Source of the DNA: a virus | Length of the DNA stretch: 64,000 nt | IMG/VR virus record: IMGVR_UViG_3300002855_000001 | Span: 1 to 64,000 of that record | Strand: one strand, 5' to 3' | In this document: piece after piece, positions 10,283-18,781 of the stretch | Position numbering within the stretch: the stretch's first letter is position 1 | How the letters are laid out: each line of letters begins with the position of its first letter | The notes under the pieces: generated by a model | The model's database searches: none | What the model was told of the DNA's origin: nothing | What the model saw: the letters and a program-made list of their open reading frames with translations, nothing else | Made by a program: the position numbers and the translations under genes

Positions 10283-11023
10283 TTGAAAAGCACTGAAATT
10301 AATGATAGTACTATGATTGACGTTCTAAATTATTCGGATAGCACTGTTGTACTTGCGACACATTTGAATCCAAATGGATACACAATTGAAGGTGTTCGAG
10401 AAGAGGGTGATCCAGTAATTGAAACGATCAGTTTTGGCGAAATTCGTCAGGCGAACTCTAAAACGAATGCATTTAAGACTGGTATTCTACGCTTCCAGAA
10501 AGAGTATGAGCAAGCTATCTACGAAAGATTGGGCATCAAGAATTGGAAAAACCTGTTGTCATGGGAAGAGATTCGTAAAATTATTCTTAACCCAACACCT
10601 TCTGCTGATGATTATCAAAAAATTATTGCTATTACGGATTCTGCTGACTTTGAACGTGTACGTGGCGAGTATATTATGTTAAAAAATACTAAGTTGTATG
10701 ACCTTTCTTCTCGACTTGGAGAAATTATTAGTAAACGTTACGAGGAATTAAAAGCAGGAAAGACACGTAGTTCAATCACTATTAATGTGCCAACTCGTCA
10801 GAAATCTGAGGATGAAATTCGTGCAGAAGTTAAAGCAGAAACAGATGCCAAACTGAAAGAAAGTGAAGATAAGATGAGTGCAATGCAAGCACAACTTGAG
10901 CAACTTACTCAACTGTTAATGGCACAACAAAGTGCTAATCAAACTGAGAGTGACAAAGATGTTGCAGAAGACGTCAAACAAAAAGCAACTCGTGGTCGTC
11001 CAAGAGTAGAAAAAACTGAATAG
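10283..11023 (+). CDS. hypothetical protein with C-terminal coiled coil and basic tail
   Basis: TTG start with SD AAGGGAGAG. The C-terminus reads KLKESEDKMSAMQAQLEQLTQLL...RGRPRVEK. Confidence 0.7.
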   Translation: MKSTEINDSTMIDVLNYSDSTVVLATHLNPNGYTIEGVREEGDPVIETISFGEIRQANSKTNAFKTGILRFQKEYEQAIYERLGIKNWKNLLSWEEIRKIILNPTPSADDYQKIIAITDSADFERVRGEYIMLKNTKLYDLSSRLGEIISKRYEELKAGKTRSSITINVPTRQKSEDEIRAEVKAETDAKLKESEDKMSAMQAQLEQLTQLLMAQQSANQTESDKDVAEDVKQKATRGRPRVEKTE

Positions 11024-11037
11024 AAGATGGTGATTTC

Positions 11038-11529
11038 ATGACTTCATTTGATGTGATTTACCAACGGTTTTTCAATAAAATTGAAAACGATAGAGATTTC
11101 TTTGTGTATTTCAATGTTACAGATGAAGAAGCTATTGAAATCGCACAAAAAAGAGCAAAAGATTTTCTTATTGAATCTGTAACTCGACTCACATTAGCTT
11201 GTACACCTGATGTCAATTTTCATGATTACAATAGTGAGCGAGAGCAATTTAATTTTGATTTAACAGGCAATGAAATTGAACTTTTATCTGCTTTGATGAG
11301 AGAACAATATTTTCAACGTGATGCCTCAAAACTCAAAGCATTTGCAATTCATTTTTCTCCTAAAGACCTAACCATTTTTTCACCTGCTAACGAGCGTAAA
11401 ACATTTATAGACATGGTAGATAAAATTGTATCTGACAATGATAAAGCAATAAAAAATTACATGTCAATTGACCGATTAACTGGTAAGTATAAAACAATAA
11501 ACTACGCTGCAACAGCATATAAGAAATAG
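11038..11529 (+). CDS. hypothetical protein, possible head-tail adaptor
   Basis: 163 aa, in the position of connector genes downstream of the capsid gene. Confidence 0.6.
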   Translation: MTSFDVIYQRFFNKIENDRDFFVYFNVTDEEAIEIAQKRAKDFLIESVTRLTLACTPDVNFHDYNSEREQFNFDLTGNEIELLSALMREQYFQRDASKLKAFAIHFSPKDLTIFSPANERKTFIDMVDKIVSDNDKAIKNYMSIDRLTGKYKTINYAATAYKK

Positions 11530-11537
11530 CTGATTAA

Positions 11538-12722
11538 ATGGATATTAACTATTATAGGAAAATAAATGGTCTTTACAAAATGAGTAAAAAAAGAGATGCG
11601 GATATTGAGTATACAAAGAGACAAATTTTGCAGTCATTTGATGATAGTATGTTAGCCTTTGAAGTCAGTATAGATGAAAGAGAGCAAACGATTCTCGTTA
11701 CATATTCAGCAAAAGATCAATTGAGTAAAATTATTTCTAAACCCAATGAGACTTTCGATAACGGTGAAATAGTTACTTGGGAAAATGGAAGATACTTGAT
11801 TTATGAAGTTGATCCAGATAAGCGAATATATACTAAAGGTTTAATGAAGAAGTGTGTTGGGACACTGAAGTGGCAAGACGAATATGGTGAAATTCATGAA
11901 GCATGGTTTGCTCGAAAAACAGATGTGTCACCCAACTTTGGTATTGATGACAGAAGTAAAACCTTAACAATGCCAGACGAGAGAAGACAAATAATTATTC
12001 AATCCAATGAACAAACACAGAAGTTCAGGAAAGAACAACGCTTTATTGTTGACGGAAGAGCGTGGAAGATTATTACGTTAGACGATGTTGCAGATGGAGT
12101 AATAAATATCGTATTAGAGGAATCTCGAATCAACCCCGCAAAAGATAATGTTGAATTAAGAGTGGCTGACTATAAAACTGACCTATACAAACTTGTAAGT
12201 AAAACTGATTCAAACATGTCCATAAAGATTGATCAGACGTTGCTGCTAGATGTTACAGGCTATCACAATGGTATTTCAGTTGAAACTAGCGAAATAGATT
12301 TCTCAGTTGATGATATTGAATATGGCACAGTAAGCAAATATGGTGAGTTTACTCCTTCGAAATCAGGACAAGTTAAAGTCACAGCATCTTATCGAGACAG
12401 TTTCATAGAATTCAATATCACAATTAGAGATATTCTTGTTCACAACTACTATGTAGACATCATTGGTGACGATTCGATTAGTTTTGGGCAAACTGCCGAT
12501 TATCAAATTATATTTAAAGACAGTGGTACTGTCATAGACGAAGTACCTCTATTTGTGCTGCAACAAGATAGCGAGTTAGCTACTATTGTCTCAACAATGG
12601 GTAAAACCGTTTCAATTAAGGCCAACAGTAAAAATAAAGCAGGTAATATAACATTGCTTGTTGAGAGTGAAAACAAATTAATAAAAGGTAGTAAATCAAT
12701 AAGAATCAAAGGATATTTTTAA
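11538..12722 (+). CDS. structural protein with C-terminal Ig-like (Big_2-type) repeats
   Basis: The C-terminal third contains GQVKVTASYRDSFIEFNITI-type beta-rich repeats typical of phage Ig-like domains. Confidence 0.5.
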   Translation: MDINYYRKINGLYKMSKKRDADIEYTKRQILQSFDDSMLAFEVSIDEREQTILVTYSAKDQLSKIISKPNETFDNGEIVTWENGRYLIYEVDPDKRIYTKGLMKKCVGTLKWQDEYGEIHEAWFARKTDVSPNFGIDDRSKTLTMPDERRQIIIQSNEQTQKFRKEQRFIVDGRAWKIITLDDVADGVINIVLEESRINPAKDNVELRVADYKTDLYKLVSKTDSNMSIKIDQTLLLDVTGYHNGISVETSEIDFSVDDIEYGTVSKYGEFTPSKSGQVKVTASYRDSFIEFNITIRDILVHNYYVDIIGDDSISFGQTADYQIIFKDSGTVIDEVPLFVLQQDSELATIVSTMGKTVSIKANSKNKAGNITLLVESENKLIKGSKSIRIKGYF

Positions 12723-12743
12723 TATTAGAAAGGTGGAAACGAA

Positions 12744-13256
12744 TTGAGCACTGCTATTAAACGACTAGGTGAGTTGCGTTTTGATTCATTTGTCGAAGGT
12801 ATCAATAATAATTGGTTGGTGTACAAAGCACTTCCAAATGCAAAAATGCATTCTAGCGGTGTGGATGGTTCGGTATTTCTAAGCACAGTTTCTTCAATTG
12901 AAATTGTAGATGCTGATTTGGATGTTCCAATTGAAGGCTATGACTATGCTTATTCTGTGGCCAATGATAACAAGCTGAAGATTGCTTTTAGTAAAGACAA
13001 ACACTCTACTAAAGCAGAGGCAATTGATGCACTTAAGTGTATAAGTGTGACTTACGATATTGGAAATCTGATGCAAAACGGAAATCTCTATGTCCTAACT
13101 GTAAAAAATAGTCGTGGCGAAGAAATTCACCGCACCACTCCTAGCACTCTTGAAAATATTCGAGTTACCATCTCTACTTTCAATGATACACGAGCAATTG
13201 ATTATGATGGTGGCTATTTGGAGTATTCAATTTCTCCAGATTATATTGTCACCTAG
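12744..13256 (+). CDS. hypothetical structural-module protein
   Basis: TTG start with SD AAAGGTGGAAAC. 170 aa in the connector/tail region. Confidence 0.65.
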   Translation: MSTAIKRLGELRFDSFVEGINNNWLVYKALPNAKMHSSGVDGSVFLSTVSSIEIVDADLDVPIEGYDYAYSVANDNKLKIAFSKDKHSTKAEAIDALKCISVTYDIGNLMQNGNLYVLTVKNSRGEEIHRTTPSTLENIRVTISTFNDTRAIDYDGGYLEYSISPDYIVT

Positions 13257-13272
13257 AAGCAGGTGAAGAATA

Positions 13273-13770
13273 GTGAGCGCATTAAAAGAATTAACTGATT
13301 ATCGCAATACTATAATTCAGCGCATAGTCGGAAATCAGAGTATTGTAAAGGCTCTGTATTACAATGATATAGATTTCTTGGATAAACCTGATCTTGATTC
13401 CAAGACAATTAAGAGCAAATTATTGTTTAGCAATATTTTCCCTTTCAATTTTATACCCACTTCTGATGAAGAGTTAAAACTTGCAAAGTCATACATAACT
13501 ATCTCAATTACTGATGTAAAACCAACTCAGAGAGGTGTAAAGTTTAATTCAGGGAGTATTTTTGTTTCCATACTGCTACATAGAGATTCATTTAAAACAG
13601 ACTATGGTTATTTAAGATCAGATTTCTTGATTTCCGAGGTTCACGATTTACTCAACCAGCAAGAGGGTATTGGCATGGGAAAATTGGAGTTCAAGGGAAT
13701 GAGAGAATATTCGATTAATGCTGATTATCATGGGAACATATTGCACTATAGGCCAGTGGATTTTAACTAG
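13273..13770 (+). CDS. hypothetical protein (possible head-closure or tail-completion protein)
   Basis: GTG start with SD AGCAGGTGAAG. 165 aa. Confidence 0.6.
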   Translation: MSALKELTDYRNTIIQRIVGNQSIVKALYYNDIDFLDKPDLDSKTIKSKLLFSNIFPFNFIPTSDEELKLAKSYITISITDVKPTQRGVKFNSGSIFVSILLHRDSFKTDYGYLRSDFLISEVHDLLNQQEGIGMGKLEFKGMREYSINADYHGNILHYRPVDFN

Positions 13771-13780
13771 ATGATGGATA

Positions 13781-14509
13781 GTGATTATTATGATAGATAA
13801 CCGACTCTCGTTATTTCTTGGAAAGCCAGTTCTATTTAATGGTGTGAAAATTAGTTCTCCGAGCATAGAAAAAATAGAACAAATTGGAGAGACAGAATAC
13901 AGAATTAAGTATCTACTATCTACTTTTAATAAAGATAAAACACTAGCTATCTTATTCGAGATGACTGAAAAAGAGTTAGATACCTTTTCTGATATAGATG
14001 ACTATCAGGTTCTTACTAGCGATCAGCGAATAATCAAATTAGTTTGTAACTCAATCTCATTTTTTTTAGACGATGAAATAGAATTTGATTATAGTGTTGG
14101 TGCTTTTACTGTGAACAACAAGCTATTTATTACCTCAGAAAACTATAGGCAGTTTGTCAGTTTACTACATTTGATCAATGGTTCAAATCATACAACGACT
14201 CAAAAGTTAAAATATAAAAACAAACGAGCAGAAATGATGGCCAAGGAACTTGAAAAAATGAGAGCAAAAAACAAAAAGAGCAGCGACGATGGACTAGAGT
14301 TAAAAGACCTTCTATCAATTCTTTGTGCTGACGAGGGCAATGGGATTGATATATTTAATGTTCACAAATTGACAGTCTATCAAGTCACTGAGCAGTTTGA
14401 GCGACTTGGAATTAAATACAACAGAAATACAATTCTTCCAGTTTGGGCAAATGGCCATCTGAAAGAAGGAAGCAAGCTACCAGAATTATTAGTTAAGACA
14501 AAATTTTAA
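13781..14509 (+). CDS. hypothetical protein
   Basis: 242 aa ORF upstream of the major tail gene with a Lys-rich helical centre. The start is ambiguous (MIIMID...). Confidence 0.6.
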   Translation: MIIMIDNRLSLFLGKPVLFNGVKISSPSIEKIEQIGETEYRIKYLLSTFNKDKTLAILFEMTEKELDTFSDIDDYQVLTSDQRIIKLVCNSISFFLDDEIEFDYSVGAFTVNNKLFITSENYRQFVSLLHLINGSNHTTTQKLKYKNKRAEMMAKELEKMRAKNKKSSDDGLELKDLLSILCADEGNGIDIFNVHKLTVYQVTEQFERLGIKYNRNTILPVWANGHLKEGSKLPELLVKTKF

Positions 14510-14541
14510 GAAATACTATATAAAAACGGAGGAAATTTATT

Positions 14542-15297
14542 ATGGATTTAGGTCGTTACGGCTCTCGTGAAATTCTAAAATTACAAGTATACAATGTACT
14601 TAATAAGCCGATCATGTACTTTGACTATGCTAATACAGCTACATATGAGGGCACAAGTTCACGTGTATTCGCGTGGGGTGCAGGACAACGAAGAATCGCA
14701 TTTGACGGTGAAAAAGAATATACACTAGTAGTAGAAACACAAGTATTTACAATGGAGCATTTGGCTATGCTGACTGGCGAATCCATTGTCAAAGGCGCTA
14801 AAGATATTTATAAGGTGGAAGAACCAATTGTTGGGGTTGGTGGCACTATTGAACTAAGTAAAACTCCAATTGGAGGTGCAAGCGGAGTAAGTGTTTACAA
14901 TCTTAAAAACGGAGTGATTGATCATACATCTCCATTAGCAATCGACACTGTTGAGAGTAATACGGTAACACTTAACGCAGATGCTGATTTTGTAGTAGGT
15001 GAAACTGTGCAAGTTTACTACCAGTACTCAACTCCTAAAGCAAACACTATTTCATATACTGCTAAAGGATTCCCTCCATATGTAAAATTAGTAGGTGATT
15101 CATTACTTGCTGATGAAGTGGCACAAGTGATGGTTGCGCAACAAATGATTTTCTATAAAGCAAAATTACAGCCAAACTTCTCTATCTCTATGTCTTCTCA
15201 AGGTGATCCAGCTACTTTGACACTAACTTTTGATTTGTTCCCTGTGAATGTCGATGGCGTAGATACCATCGCTGATCAAATTGTTTACGAGGACTAA
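14542..15297 (+). CDS. major tail (tube) protein, by position
   Basis: Strong SD GGAGG at 14528-14532. 251 aa beta-rich protein followed by tandem terminator hairpins. No sheath-sized gene next to it. Confidence 0.5.
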   Translation: MDLGRYGSREILKLQVYNVLNKPIMYFDYANTATYEGTSSRVFAWGAGQRRIAFDGEKEYTLVVETQVFTMEHLAMLTGESIVKGAKDIYKVEEPIVGVGGTIELSKTPIGGASGVSVYNLKNGVIDHTSPLAIDTVESNTVTLNADADFVVGETVQVYYQYSTPKANTISYTAKGFPPYVKLVGDSLLADEVAQVMVAQQMIFYKAKLQPNFSISMSSQGDPATLTLTFDLFPVNVDGVDTIADQIVYED

Positions 15298-15307
15298 TTG
15301 AATATCA

Positions 15308-15370
15308 AAGGAGAGTTATACTCTCCTTAATAAAAAAGAGAATCTTGCTATTAGGTTCTCTTTTTTATTT
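15308..15370 (+). terminator. tandem terminator hairpins after major tail gene
   Basis: AAGGAGAGT/ACTCTCCTT (15308-15328), then AGAGAATCT/AGGTTCTCT (15337-15361) followed by a T run. Confidence 0.7.
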
Positions 15371-15494
15371 TTACTTGAAATACAATAAAATTCGCATTTC
15401 ATTATCTATTTTATTAAAATCAATACTATATATAGACCGATAATTAATAATGATAACTATATATGGACATTAATATATAAGGGAGAGTATACAT

Positions 15495-16019
15495 ATGTCA
15501 CAAAATAATGCATTAAATATTAACGCCTTAAGAGAAGAAAATAATAATAAGTATAATATCGACACTCAAGTAGCATTAACAGATTCAATCAGTGTAACTG
15601 TTCGGATAAATCCAAGTGAGGACATTATCAGTAAAGTCGTTAAAAATTATGTAGAAATTTTTCAAATAGAAGAAACAGTAGATTTAACAAAAGCAACAAC
15701 AGAAACATTGCAGCAATTTATGATTGGTTCGTTACTCAAGGAAACAACCAATATTGATGTAGAGTTAAATGCGTTTGAAGACTACACGGATATGGTTGTT
15801 CAATTAATTCGTGCTGGCTATTTCAAAAAAATCGTAGAGGCTTATGGTCAAGATTTTGAACGTATTATTAATGACGTTGCTACACAGTTAAACAATGTAA
15901 CAGAGATATTAAATAAAACTAAAAAAGAAATAGCAAAAACAGATAAACCTAAGCGCACCACTCGTAAAAATAAAAAAGAAGAAGCTGCTAACAATGGCAA
16001 ACAACAAGCAACTGAATGA
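15495..16019 (+). CDS. possible tail assembly chaperone
   Basis: SD GGGAGAG. Acidic 174-aa protein with a very basic C-terminal tail, downstream of the major tail gene. Confidence 0.4.
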   Translation: MSQNNALNINALREENNNKYNIDTQVALTDSISVTVRINPSEDIISKVVKNYVEIFQIEETVDLTKATTETLQQFMIGSLLKETTNIDVELNAFEDYTDMVVQLIRAGYFKKIVEAYGQDFERIINDVATQLNNVTEILNKTKKEIAKTDKPKRTTRKNKKEEAANNGKQQATE

Positions 16020-16470
16020 TATATTAAATAAATTGCAAAAGAAAGTAAACCAAGTAATACAAAAGGATAAATCCGAAGTGCAAGAAATGACCATAAAAGT
16101 ATTTCAAGAATCCATTGAAGAGCATGTTTATGATGCGTATAAATCTCCTGCAAAAGACCCCTATGTGAGAGATAGGGAAAAGGGTGGTTTAACTGATCGA
16201 GAAAACTTTGATGTTCAAAAAATCAAGAATGGGGTAAGTATCGAGAACGTTAGAAAAGGCGAAGAGTTCGGTGGTAGAACTGTAAACGTGCTAGAGATTA
16301 TTGAGGGTAAAGAACGATATTCAGTAGAGGATATATGGGGATATGGATTCGAAGCTCCTCGACATGCAGTAGAACCCACAGTAAAAACATTGAAACATAC
16401 AAATGTGCTTACTGATGCTTTGAAGGAAGAATTAAAAAAGGATGGAATCAAGGCCATATATGATAAATAA
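15994..16470 (+). CDS. hypothetical tail-module protein
   Basis: 158 aa. Overlaps the previous ORF by 26 nt in another frame and is followed by a strong terminator. Confidence 0.6.
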   Translation: MANNKQLNDILNKLQKKVNQVIQKDKSEVQEMTIKVFQESIEEHVYDAYKSPAKDPYVRDREKGGLTDRENFDVQKIKNGVSIENVRKGEEFGGRTVNVLEIIEGKERYSVEDIWGYGFEAPRHAVEPTVKTLKHTNVLTDALKEELKKDGIKAIYDK

Positions 16471-16524
16471 GAGTGTTGATTGACTTAAATTATAAGTCGA
16501 TTAGGCACTCTTATTTATTTTTTT
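16469..16524 (+). terminator. intrinsic terminator (long composite hairpin)
   Basis: Outer stem AAGAGTG/CACTCTT enclosing ATTGACTTA/TAAGTCGAT, followed by ATTTATTTTTTT. Confidence 0.7.
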
Positions 16525-16581
16525 AGGAAATAAAACATGCGTTTGATTGGGATATAGCGACAAAGTGAAAGGAAGGATTTA

Positions 16582-17586
16582 GTGAGTGATATTAATAAAA
16601 ACATGCTACGTAGTATTGCTGATAAGCTTCCTCCAGTGGATGACGACAAATGGAGTCTAGTGAACAATGATTATCGCAGCTTGGTTGAAGAGTACATATC
16701 AGTACAGGCTCATAGTCCAAAAACTAAAGAGCAGTATAAGTCAGGCCTACGTCAGTTTGGTTATTACATATACAAGAACATGAATAATAAAAAATTGTAT
16801 AACATCACAAAAAGGGATTTTTTAAGATACATCAGTTATCTCAGAGACACTAGAAAAATGTCTTCTAGTGGAATTGCATTAAAGAAAGCTTGCGTTTCAA
16901 GTCTTTGTAACTATATTGAAAACGTAGTTGCTGAGGATGACAAAAACTACAAGACATTTAGAAATTTTACTCGTGGTTTACCTGCTATAGCTAAAAATCA
17001 TGTGTTCCAAAAAGTGAAAATTAGTAAAGATGACTACGATTTAATGATGCAAACTTTGCTAGATGATGAGAATTATCTTGGAGCTGCTTGGGTTGCTTTT
17101 GCTTTTAACGTGGGTGCACGTAGAGCAGAGATACCTCAATTTAAGTCTGAAATTGTTAACTATGCGATTCCAGAAGGACAAAGTTATGTTATGTCACACA
17201 TAGTTCGCTTGAAAGGCCGTGGTGAGGATGGCAAGCAAGAGCCTTACATGATCAATGAGGAAGCACTTAAGTATGTGAACCTATGGCTAGAAAAGCGTGG
17301 GTATGAACATGAGCATATATTTACCGTTCGATACAATGGTCAGATCAATCCAGTTTCTGAAACTTGGGCAAATGATTTTTGTAAAGAAACACTATCTAAC
17401 ATATTAGGTCGCAGAATCAATCCACACTTATTTAAAGCAAGCTGTGTGACTTATCTATTAGAAGTTAAGAAAATACCAATTGAGCTTGTATCTAAGTTTG
17501 TAGCACATCATGAGAACATTGCTACAACTATTGCACACTATGATTTACGTGATTTTGCTGAAGAGAAGAATAAGATATTTGGGTGA
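16582..17586 (+). CDS. tyrosine recombinase (XerD/phage-integrase family)
   Basis: GTG start with SD AAAGGAAGGA. N-terminal SAM-like core-binding region. Box I is GARRAEI; box II is HLFKASCVTYLL...AHHENIATTIAHY with a terminal Tyr. Confidence 0.8.
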   Translation: MSDINKNMLRSIADKLPPVDDDKWSLVNNDYRSLVEEYISVQAHSPKTKEQYKSGLRQFGYYIYKNMNNKKLYNITKRDFLRYISYLRDTRKMSSSGIALKKACVSSLCNYIENVVAEDDKNYKTFRNFTRGLPAIAKNHVFQKVKISKDDYDLMMQTLLDDENYLGAAWVAFAFNVGARRAEIPQFKSEIVNYAIPEGQSYVMSHIVRLKGRGEDGKQEPYMINEEALKYVNLWLEKRGYEHEHIFTVRYNGQINPVSETWANDFCKETLSNILGRRINPHLFKASCVTYLLEVKKIPIELVSKFVAHHENIATTIAHYDLRDFAEEKNKIFG

Positions 17587-17590
17587 TTAA

Positions 17591-18703
17591 TTGCTTAAAA
17601 TTGATGAGATTGGCCTATCTCTATTGGAGAATAAATGTGACAGAAACATTTACATAGACAAACATGGGTATCAATACGCTTTATCTGAAAGCAATTTAAA
17701 TGTAATAAAAAGAAGAAATAGCGTTCCTGCTCAATTCTTTCGGAACAATCCTTTTACGATTGAAAACATTAAAAATTATCTCAGTAGGAACTGTTCAACT
17801 GTAAAACTGATTTCAGATAGCGTAGAAACAGCAACTGAAGATATGGAGTTTGAATGCAATGCACATGGCATCTTTAAGAAAACTTGGAATGAAATCAAAA
17901 ATGGTGCTTATTGTACTATTTGTGGACGAACAAAAGGAAATGAAAATCGAAAGAGAAGCATTGATGAAGTCAAACAAGGATTTGAAAATAGAGGTTATTT
18001 ATTACTAACAGATACCTATATAGATAACGAAACCAAAATGCCTTACAAATGCTACAAGCATATTAAAGCAGAAACTCAATTCATTGCTTGGGGCGGAATT
18101 GTCAGTGGAAAAGGCTGCAAGCATTGTGCTAGAGAAAGTCGCATTAAAAAACAAACAAAGTCGCACAGCGTATTCCTTTCGGAAATAGAGAGTTTACATG
18201 GAAATAAATTGAGTGTCACAAGCAAATATGTCAATTCTAAAACTAAAGTCAAGGTTTTTTGCAATGATTGCAATAGTCAGTTTAGCTCAAAACCCAACCA
18301 TTTACTTGATGGACATTTGGGGTGTAATTGTAGACCTGTTTCATTGGGCGAAGAAAAAATTAGGGGTTATTTCGAAGAACAACAAATTCCATTTGAGCAA
18401 CAGTACAGATTTTCAGATTGTCGTAATAAGAAACCATTGCCTTTCGATTTTGCAGTTTTCGATGGGGATGGGAATTTGCGCTGTCTAATAGAATTTCAGG
18501 GCAAGCAACATTATGAAGGGACTACAACAAAATGGAGTTCTGATATTAATAAATCGATTAAGGCGTTTGAACAGCAACAAATAAACGACAATATAAAACG
18601 TAATTATTGTCAAAAGAAAAAAATTAAATTAGTTGAAATACCTTACTGGAAACTCAGTAACATTGAACAATTACTTTCCGAATTAATAAAAAACATAATA
18701 TAA
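17591..18703 (+). CDS. Zn-ribbon repeat protein with C-terminal PD-(D/E)XK nuclease-like domain (putative site-specific or homing endonuclease)
   Basis: Three C/H-x2-C...C-x2-C modules (CNAHG..CTICG, CYKH..CKHCA, CNDCN..CNC). The C-terminus PLPFDFAV...IEFQGKQH fits a D...E-x-K nuclease core. Confidence 0.5.
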   Translation: MLKIDEIGLSLLENKCDRNIYIDKHGYQYALSESNLNVIKRRNSVPAQFFRNNPFTIENIKNYLSRNCSTVKLISDSVETATEDMEFECNAHGIFKKTWNEIKNGAYCTICGRTKGNENRKRSIDEVKQGFENRGYLLLTDTYIDNETKMPYKCYKHIKAETQFIAWGGIVSGKGCKHCARESRIKKQTKSHSVFLSEIESLHGNKLSVTSKYVNSKTKVKVFCNDCNSQFSSKPNHLLDGHLGCNCRPVSLGEEKIRGYFEEQQIPFEQQYRFSDCRNKKPLPFDFAVFDGDGNLRCLIEFQGKQHYEGTTTKWSSDINKSIKAFEQQQINDNIKRNYCQKKKIKLVEIPYWKLSNIEQLLSELIKNII

Positions 18704-18781
18704 AATTTCCCTTTTATGGCGTTATACAAGCCCAATTATAGCAAGGGAAAATAAACCATAGAGGGATGTGAGATTAAGCGT

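Noticed and set aside
10017-10682. Plus-strand alternative-frame ORFs 10017-10220 and 10419-10682
   Set aside because: They overlap the capsid gene and gene 10283-11023 in other frames. They lack SDs and have basic low-complexity composition.
15900-16019. Programmed frameshift joining 15495-16019 to 15994-16470 (tail chaperone G/GT style), suggested by the A-run ACTAAAAAAGAA at 15918-15929
   Set aside because: The downstream ORF is in the +1 frame. That frame is closed by a TAG at 15931-15933 just after the A-run, and the -1 frame is closed by a TAA at 15920-15922. No slippery site lies in the actual overlap.
18706-18750. 8-bp inverted repeat TTTCCCTT...AAGGGAAA after the nuclease gene, as a possible recombination (dif/lox/att) site
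   Set aside because: The arms are short, the spacer is 29 nt, and there is no second copy or core-type symmetry. It is not distinguishable from chance.
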